Source of the DNA: Fonticula alba ATCC 38817
Taxonomy: Eukaryota; Protista; Nucleariida
Length of the DNA: 6,441 bases
Direction: 5' to 3' (one strand)
NCBI GenBank assembly: GCA_000388065.2
Contig: KB932204.1
Shown: positions 1-6,404 of the stretch, one piece after another
Numbering within the stretch: the stretch's first letter is position 1
How the letters are laid out: each line of letters begins with the position of its first letter
Notes under the pieces: model-generated
Databases searched by the model: none
What the model was told of the DNA's origin: nothing
The model's input: the letters and a program-made list of their open reading frames with translations, nothing else
Made by a program: the position numbers and the translations under genes

Positions 1-51
<51 letters not shown>
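1..51 (+). repeat. 51-nt G homopolymer at the window edge (a 12-nt G run also ends the window at 6430-6441)
   Basis: Seen directly; the length may be an assembly artefact. Confidence 0.9.
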
Positions 52-52
<1 letters not shown>

Positions 53-73
53 GCCGGTGACAGGGAGCGAATG
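1..73 (-). CDS. ROM2: Probable RhoGEF coding exon 4, partial (HSLPVTGT then the homopolymer run)
   Basis: Acceptor gctcactcCAG| at 76-74, phase 0, matching the exon 3 donor. Only 8 codons are informative before the 51-nt G run. Confidence 0.5.
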
Positions 74-1897
74 CTGGAGTGAGCGAGGGCGCGATCGACG
101 GAGAAGCGCCGGGAAAAGAGGGGGAGGGGAAACGAAAGGGGAGAAAGGGCACGAAGGAACGCACGTCGGTGATAGAAACAGGGATGGTGGTCTCCACCTG
201 CGAGGGCGGCCGAGGAGCCATCCCGACGTCGGAGGCGGCCGAGTCGCCGGCCGCCTCGGCGCCCCCGCCGGCTCCACTGTGCCCCAGCCGGACCGTGGTG
301 CCGAAGCCCTATCCAGGTGCACGGACAGGAGGGACAATGGGGGGCAGGGGGGGGAGAGGTGAAGGAACAGAGAGAGAGAGAGGGGGGGGGAGGAAGGTCA
401 GGGCCAACGGGAGGAAGAAGAAGAGAAAAAGAAAAACCCAGCAACAGAAGAGCCAAGCAGCAGGGATGGGGGGCATTTGAAAGACCACGCACCAGACCGC
501 CGGTCGGGCCGAGGCTGGAGTTGAACGTGAAGTTGACCACGCAGGTGCGACTGTAGCAGGTGTGCGAGGAGGGGGTCCGCATGCCGGTCGAGGCCAGGGA
601 CAATGGGCGCGGGGTGTTCGGGTGCTTGGGCGACTCGGCGCTGCCGGGGGACGCGCTCGTGGGCTCGGAGGAGTTGCTTAGCAGGTCGCGCATCGTGCGC
701 TGACACATCGGCGAGTAGCAGCAGGCCGAGTGGTTGAGGATGCCGCTAACCCGGGGAAGCATGTCGACATTGAAGCGGAAGACACCGGCATAGGAGTCGG
801 AGAAGGCGCTGGCCGGGACTTCGGCCCGGCAGCCGACCCGCGTGGCCGGCGTGGCGGCAGTTGGGCTGGCCACCGGAGTGGCGGCCTCCGGGATGTGCAG
901 CGGCTCGAGGAAGGCATTGGGGAACTGGTGCGAAGAGAGGGACCGCAGAATGCTCAGGGCCTCGGTCCGAGAGAAGCCCATGGCCAGGAGGAAGTCCAGG
1001 GCGGCACTGCCGTGGAATGCATTGTCGAAGGTTTGCCCGGCGGCTGGAGGGGGGTGGAAACAAAAGGGGGTGGGGAATTAGCCTAACATAGTGGTAGGGA
1101 AGGGAGGGAAGGGAGAGAAGGGAGAGAAGGGAGAGAGAAGAGAGAAAGGGAGAGAAAAGAGAGAAAGCGAGAAAGGAAGAGAGAAGAGAGAAGAGAGAAG
1201 AGAGAAGAGAGAAGAGAGAAAGGAAGAGAGAGGGGGGAGAGAAGAACGCACCCTCAATGGTGCTGGAGGCGATGCCCTCCATCAGGCCGGAGGCCACGGC
1301 GGACAGCCGCACCGGCGGCGGGAGGAAGAAGCGCGTGGTCGAGTGGATGCGAGACCCGCTGCCGGCGCGGCGGCCGCGCGAGCTCGGCGAGTAGTTGGTC
1401 CCGAAGGTCCCGGTCGAGGGGATGCTCAGACGGCGGATGTGCACGGTCAAGCGCTCGTCCTCGTCATCGGGCGAGGAGGTCGGCGGCGGGGGGATGCGCA
1501 GGGACGACACGCTGTTGGCGTCGAGCCCGGGCCCGGCCGAGGCGAGGGAGACCTCAGCACTGGACTGCTGGATTTGCAGCAGGGAGGACGAGCCACCGGC
1601 CTCATAGTCGCTGTCGGAATCCGAATCATAGTCGATGGCAATGATGGATGGGTGCGAGGGGAGGCCGCCGCGCGTGGCACGAGCCGCCTCGGACCCCGGG
1701 CCATCAGCTGCCCCGGGAGTGGCCAGGGGGGAGCCCACCAGCGGCTGGCCGGGCTTCTGCTTGGAGGGGCTGGCCGCCGGGGAGGGGTCCGACGCTCCGG
1801 CGGCCGTGGCCGCCGCCGCGATCTGAGCCTGGTTTTGGTTCTTGTCCGAGGACCCGGCCATCGAGGACCGGGGCGAGATGACACGCAAGATGTTCAT
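1..1897 (-). CDS. ROM2: Spliced Rom1/Rom2/Rgf1-family Rho guanine-nucleotide exchange factor, 5' part only (join 1897-1252, 1043-493, 308-165, 73-<1); continues beyond the left edge
   Basis: Manual splicing at GTGCGT...YAG gives an uninterrupted frame of 447 codons through exon 3. It contains PVRLSAVASGLMEGIASSTIEAAGQTFDNAFHGSAALDFLLAMGFSRTEALSILRSL...AFLEPLH...FSDSYAGVFRF, a DEP-domain pattern of the Rom2/Rgf1 type (recalled consensus like PALLSxVA...TYxxAFxGxEAVD...FxD...YxF). This is followed by CYSPMC...CYSRTC, matching the CYSPTC...CYSxxC pair I recall after DEP in fungal Rom/Rgf GEFs. The DH, PH and CNH domains expected downstream are not in the window, so the symbol is a family-level call from recalled motifs, not a database search. 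Confidence 0.8.
74..164 (-). other. Spliceosomal intron 3 (91 nt, phase 0)
   Basis: GTGCGT donor is clear. The CAG acceptor at 76-74, preceded by CTCAC, is the best candidate visible. Confidence 0.6.
165..308 (-). CDS. ROM2: RhoGEF coding exon 3 (GFGTTVRLGHSGAGGGAEAAGDSAASDVGMAPRPPSQVETTIPVSITD), low-complexity linker
   Basis: Acceptor TAG| at 311-309 after a pyrimidine-rich tract. 144 nt = 48 codons, phase 0 at both ends, no stop. Ends ACC GAC|GTGCGT (donor 164-159). Confidence 0.8.
309..492 (-). other. Spliceosomal intron 2 (184 nt, phase 0)
   Basis: GTGCGT donor, TAG acceptor, CT-rich sense strand, branch-like CTGAC at 401-397. Confidence 0.82.
493..1043 (-). CDS. ROM2: RhoGEF coding exon 2: DEP core and Cys-motif pair
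   Basis: Acceptor ccacccccctcCAG| at 1046-1044. 551 nt = 2 nt completing the split Ala codon + 183 codons with no stop. Ends GGT CTG|GTGCGT (donor 492-487). Confidence 0.9.
1044..1251 (-). other. Spliceosomal intron 1 (208 nt, phase 1), interrupting the DEP domain
   Basis: GTGCGT donor, CAG acceptor, branch-like GCTAAT at 1082-1077, strongly pyrimidine-rich sense strand. Confidence 0.9.
1096..1246 (+). repeat. Polypurine/polypyrimidine tract in intron 1, including six perfect (GAGAGAA) copies at 1179-1220
   Basis: 151 nt that are purine on the + strand at every position except C1168. Confidence 0.95.
1252..1897 (-). CDS. ROM2: RhoGEF coding exon 1 (MNILRVISPRSSMAG...SSTIE): low-complexity Ala/Ser/Pro/Gly N-terminus, acidic DYDSDSDSDYE patch, start of DEP
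   Basis: ATG at 1897 in context gccatcaccATG. 646 nt = 215 codons + 1 nt, ending GAG G|GTGCGT (donor 1251-1246). GC3-rich codon use (gcc, ggc, tcc). An upstream in-frame exon cannot be excluded. Confidence 0.8.
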
Positions 1898-2029
1898 GGT
1901 GATGGCCTTTCCGAGGGCAGAGCCAAGGGAGCCGGGGAGCGGGGACGGGGGGGGGGGGGAGGAGTGCGCGAGAAGGGCGGGCAGGGAGGGGGGGGGGGAA
2001 CTCTCGAGCGAGCCGGGCTAGACACACCC

Positions 2030-2047
2030 ACGCACGCACGCACGCAC
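2030..2047. repeat. (GCAC)n/(GTGC)n tetranucleotide microsatellite; shorter copies near 2812-2824 and 3860-3870
   Basis: acgcacgcacgcacgcac seen directly. Confidence 0.9.
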
Positions 2048-2529
2048 GCGTGGTACACGGGGCACTGGGTGTCAGGGGGGGAGGGGGGAAGGGGAGGCTG
2101 AAGGCGGGCCGGCAGGGAGAGCAGCGATCGGCGCGCACCTGGGAGGAGAAGGGGGGATCGGTCACCCGGGAGACCGGACCGACGCACGGGGCAGGCCGCT
2201 ACGGCTGCTGGGGGGGGGGGGGAGGGAGGGAGGGGGAATGCGGGAGGGCGAGAGGGAGGAGGCCGAGCGCGATGGAGGGCGGGGCAAGAGTGGAAAGGAA
2301 GGGAGGGGAAGGGGGGAGGCAGGACGGAAAGGGGGGGGGGGAATGTCTGGCTTCAGGGTCACCAGCCTGGGGCATGGTTGGGCGGTGGCTCTCGAGCCAA
2401 TGGGGGGCACCTCGGGCCCCGCCGCCCCTCTCTTGGTCCCACCCCACCGGTCTGGCTCTCGTCTCCCGCCGCTGCCTCGGCCTCCCCCGCTGCCTCTCGG
2501 GGGGAGGGAGATGCGGGCGCGGGGCGGGC

Positions 2530-2574
2530 GACGACGACGACCGCGACCGCGACGACAACAACAACAACAACAAT
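2530..2574 (+). repeat. Compound trinucleotide repeat grading from (GAC)n/GACCGC into (AAC)5
   Basis: gacgacgacgaccgcgaccgcgacgacaacaacaacaacaacaat seen directly. Confidence 0.9.
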
Positions 2575-3602
2575 GAATCAGGGGCCGCCTCATCCCGGGC
2601 GCCTCCCCCCCCCCTCCCTTGCATCACCAGGGTGGGGATCCCCCGCACGGGCGGTCGCAGGTGCCGTGGCGGGGGGCACACCGAGGGCCGCGGACCGGCG
2701 CCTGGACGCCCGGAGGGGCGCCCTGTCCTCTCAGATGGTCGGGCAAACCGACGCAAGGGCCTTTGCCCCTCCCCGGCCCCTCCTCCCGGTCCGGGGGGAA
2801 GGGGTCGGCGTGCACGCACGCACGCGCGCGCGCCCGAGTCGGCGCCCCCTGCCACACCGGCCGCCGACGATGCCCTCTGTGCGCTCCATTCGAGGGAGTG
2901 GGTCGCCGGATGGGCGGGGGGGGGGGGGGCCATCGCCTATTTGGTCTGACTGGCTGAATGACTCACAGGAGGCCCAGCCCCAACCTGTGCCGAGGGTGGT
3001 GAGCCGGCCGAGGGCGGGCAGCACATGCGCGTCGGCCGTGTGGCCGCTCGGTCTGGCCGTGGACGCGCCTCGGCCCCTCGCCTCCCCGGGCGGGCCGCTG
3101 CCGCGAGCGCTCCCTCGCGCGCCGGCGCGTGCCGCTGTATCTTGTCCGAACGGTGGCGTCCCCCAGAGACGGGGAGGGGGGAGCATCCCTGCCCCGGGCG
3201 CCGGAGTGGCGGCCGGGAAACCCGCGGAGCGCGGGAAGGGCGGCCAAATCAAGTGTCACAATGGTCGGGAGCCAAGCAGGGGCAGGAGCGAGGGGGGCCG
3301 AGAAGCCCGGCGGCCGCCGGCTTGTCATGCGGGGATGTTTGCCGGGCGCGTGGGGGCCCGGCTCGTTTGAACGGACCGCCCCCTACTGTGCGCGGCCGCA
3401 GGGGGGCGCGAGCGGGAGGGGGGGGAGAAGGCACCGCTGGGGGCGCGCCTCGCACGGCCGCCAGCGGCCAGCGCATCCGGGGGCAGCGTGCCTGCCCGGT
3501 TTGTCACGCGCTCGCCCGGCGGGAGAGAATGCTCGAAGCTATGCACGACGGCCGGGGGCAGGCGAGGGGAAGGCGGGGGCGGGGGGGTTGGGGAGGAAGG
3601 AG

Positions 3603-3636
3603 AGCGCCCCCAGGACCCGGGCGCGCGAGGCGCCGG
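3603..3636 (+). repeat. 34-bp exact direct repeat, copy 1
   Basis: agcgcccccaggacccgggcgcgcgaggcgccgg, identical to 3788-3821. Confidence 0.97.
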
Positions 3637-3787
3637 CCCCCTTCCCCCCCCTCCATAACGGCTTCGCGTGAGCAGGCGTCCGCGCGGAGTGGCTAGACAG
3701 GTTCGCCACGTCTGGCGCCCCGCAGGCCTCAGACTGGTGGGGCTGTCAGCCGTCGGAGCACGAAACTCATCAGGCATTCGGAGACAC

Positions 3788-3821
3788 AGCGCCCCCAGGA
3801 CCCGGGCGCGCGAGGCGCCGG
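3788..3821 (+). repeat. 34-bp exact direct repeat, copy 2
   Basis: Identical to 3603-3636; start-to-start spacing 185 bp. Confidence 0.97.
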
Positions 3822-4470
3822 ACACTGCCGGGGCTGGGGGGGGGGGAGTGCGCCGCGACACGCACGCACCCCCCCCCCCCCCGAGTGTCCCCGGACCGGG
3901 GGAGCACCCACCAGGCGGAGGGTGTCAGCCGGGCGTCGGGCAGCACGGTACAGGCCGGCGGGATGGCCCGCGCCCGGCCGCCCCCCCGGAGCAAATGGAC
4001 CCGGGGGAGGGTCATTTGCCGGCACGACCAGGGGTTGAGACGGCCCGGCGAGCTCCGCCCGGGGCGCTGCCGGCGAATGCCTTCTTTTTTTTTCCCAGCG
4101 CGAAGGCAGCGCGGCGCGAGAGGCCGCCGTGTCCGGCGGGCCGAGCCGGCGGCGGTGCGGTGGCCGCGCGCTCGGACGCGCCCCGCGGAGAGATCCCCTC
4201 ACGCACGGCGTCCGGTGGCTAGGGGGGCGGGATCAACGGGACTCGAAACAGAGCGTGTCCTACAGCGCGCCAGGCCCGGGGCAACCTCCCCGAGCTCGGG
4301 TCCTCCGTTCCCGGCCTGCCCCCCCGGGGGGGGGGGGGGGGGCCGGACAGCCGCTATCCAGCGCCTCGGGGGAACAGCAGCACCAGGAGCCGCCGCCGCG
4401 GCCGGCAAGCCTCCACGACCGATCCCGCTGGCCGTGTGGCACACCGGAATCGGCATTAATCACTGAATAA

Positions 4471-4476
4471 TTTATT
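4471..4476 (-). promoter_or_regulatory. AATAAA hexamer (candidate polyadenylation signal, or part of a TATA-like element) within an AT-rich island at 4455-4480
   Basis: + strand tttatt = - strand AATAAA, the only such hexamer I found on either strand. The island is 26 nt with only 3 G/C. Function is inferred. Confidence 0.35.
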
Positions 4477-6308
4477 ATTACCAGCCTCCGCACATTCGCG
4501 CGCGCCGCACCAGGGGCCGTGCGCCACTCTCGGGCGCTGCCCGGGGGGAGGACGAGGTCTCCCAGAGGCCCGCGCCGGGCGCCCTCCGTGGCAAGGGCGC
4601 CAGGTGGCAATATCCGCCTGGCCTCCCGTCCGCCCCCCCCCCCCGGGCGGGCCGACGCGGCCCATGTCTCGATCAATTGGGCGAGATTGCCTGCTGAGCC
4701 ACACCCTGGAGCTGGGGCGGCCCTGCCGGCCCCGGGCGCGCATTCCTTGGCGGACATGGCTCGCAGCCAGTGGCGGCGTTTCGGGCGTCCCTGCCCGGCG
4801 CGGTCGTCCTGCCTGCCCGGTCGACACGGCCCCTGAGAGCACTGATCGGGCCGCCCCGGGCCGGCGGGCCGAGGGGGCAGAGAGGGACGCCCCCCCTCCC
4901 CCCCCCCCCCCGGCTTCTCCTCTCTGGGGGGCGCGGCCGGACGGCACCGGCGGGCCACCGAGCAAACGAACAGGGACCAAATGCGTGCACGTCACATCGG
5001 GGGAACGCGTTGTTCCTGGCGCCGGGCGGCGGGTGCCGCCGGCGAAGCAGGACGGAGCCGCACACCGCACAAACACGCGTAGGTCCCCCCCCCCCCCCGG
5101 CGGCACGACGCCCAACCTGCGGGCTGGGGCATCAGAGGGGATGACTCGGGAGGGAGGGGAGGGGGGGGGGCGAACGCCCCAGGGCACCCTTACTGCCATG
5201 GCTTCTTGGGCGGGAGGGAATCGGCGGGCGGATGTAGCACTGACCAGAATGGTCAGTCGAATGGCATTTAGGTTCTACTGTCTCGCGGGGCGGACGTCTT
5301 CCTCCCGGGGCCCGGCGGATTCCCACAGTACGGCGCATTCCTGGCCGTCGACGCCCGGAGAGCCAGTTCAACAGGAGGGAGGCCTCCTAATTGCAACGCC
5401 GCCCCGCGCACTTCCGCCGGATATTGCGTGCATGTGCGTGTGGGTGTGCGTGTGTTTGGGTGTCCGGTGTACGCGCGCGCGCACGCGGGCGCGCGGGCGC
5501 ATGTGGCGATGGGCCGGCAACCGCCTGCGACCCGGTAAGCCTCGGGTCTCATGGCCCTGTGTGCATGTTCCGGGAACTCCTGCTGCAGCCGGGGGATGGT
5601 GGTGCAGAGCGGCCCCGGGTTGGGGGCGAAAGAAGCAAGGGCCCGGGAGCCGGCGCAAAGAAGATGTCCATGGGCAGATGGGCGTGGGTGCCAAATCGCC
5701 GAGGATTCAGGGCGGCAGGCGAAAGCCCGCCCGCCCTCTCGCCCCAAGGGGGGGGGGGGGGGCCAGGGGCGGGCGGCCGGCGGTCGAGGGGCAACAATAG
5801 GCAAGGGCGGAATGCCCCGCCCCCTTGGTCTCGGACCCGGTCCCAGTCCCGCACCAGGGAGGGCAGGCGCCCCCGCCCAAAGGGACAGGTATGCGGGGCC
5901 CTTGCGCCCTGGCGGGGCGCGACCTCCCCCCCCCCCCTCATGGGCGGGGATGGAAACTCCCAGGCGACCCCTTGGCGGGGTAATGACCGGAGACCCCGGC
6001 CGGCTCTTTCTCCCTCTGGCGGGCTCTTCATGGTCGCCGCTCCCCACGCCCGAGGGGGAGGTGGCCCGGCGCGCCGGTGTCCCTCGCCACCGGGCATAGG
6101 TGCCACCTCTCGGGGAGTGTCGCTGGCGAGTTCCCCCGCCGGGGCTCCGGGGCCGGGGCTCACGCTTTCCGCGGGCGGCAGCACTCCCCCCCATATGCAC
6201 ACCAAGGCACACAGGCACCCACGTCCGGAGCACGAGCCAGGGTGCGCCTACACACGCGCGGCCGCGTGCACGGGCCGCCGCAGCACGCTCAGGCTGTGTG
6301 GATTGGCA

Positions 6309-6364
6309 TCAGGAGCACTCGATCCCGGCCCGGTGTTCGCCTCTGTCTGCCTCGGGGGGAGGGC

Positions 6365-6404
<40 letters not shown>

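Noticed and set aside
746-1897. 383-aa ORF as an intact single-exon gene with a transmembrane-like FLSLFSLL segment
   Set aside because: The hydrophobic part is the translated CT-repeat of intron 1. Canonical splicing restores a DEP domain in another frame.
2530-2574. Plus-strand exon encoding DDDDRDRDDNNNNNN
   Set aside because: No supporting splice sites or coding-like flanks; a simple microsatellite explains it.
3248-3256. U2 snRNA fragment (ATCAAGTGT)
   Set aside because: Only 9 nt match; the branch-pairing GTAGTA, the 5' stem and the Sm site are absent.
3760-3773. Hammerhead ribozyme (CTGATGAG on the minus strand, CGAAAC on the plus strand)
   Set aside because: The two core halves are on opposite strands of the same bases. 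Neither strand has CUGAUGA-stem II-GAAA in order.
3603-3821. CRISPR array
   Set aside because: Only two repeats with a 151-nt spacer, a eukaryotic context and no cas genes.
3772-4082. Long-range 9-bp complementarity aggcattcg / cgaatgcct
   Set aside because: Many 9-bp inverted matches are expected by chance in 6.4 kb.
4830-4852. TPP riboswitch (CTGAGA and TGATC motifs)
   Set aside because: It lacks the GAACC-TGAT junction and the P1-P5 layout, and the adjacent gene is not thiamine related.
5194-5267. HDV-like ribozyme (P4-like hairpin followed by CGAA and a P2'-like TGGCA)
   Set aside because: The P2-to-P4 spacing is 40 nt rather than about 22, and no P3/L3/P1 arrangement could be built.
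5307-5320. GGGGCCCGGCGGAT resembling a stretch I recall from human RNase P RNA
   Set aside because: It is a short GC-rich match, and the conserved P4 halves (CR-I, CR-V) were not found at suitable positions.
4604-5800. 398-aa plus-strand ORF, and the other long ORFs at 1091-2101, 2050-2949, 2378-3370 and 5268-6233
   Set aside because: They are Arg/Gly/Pro-rich, cross homopolymers and microsatellites, overlap in many frames and have no recognisable domain. Long stop-free frames are expected at this GC content.
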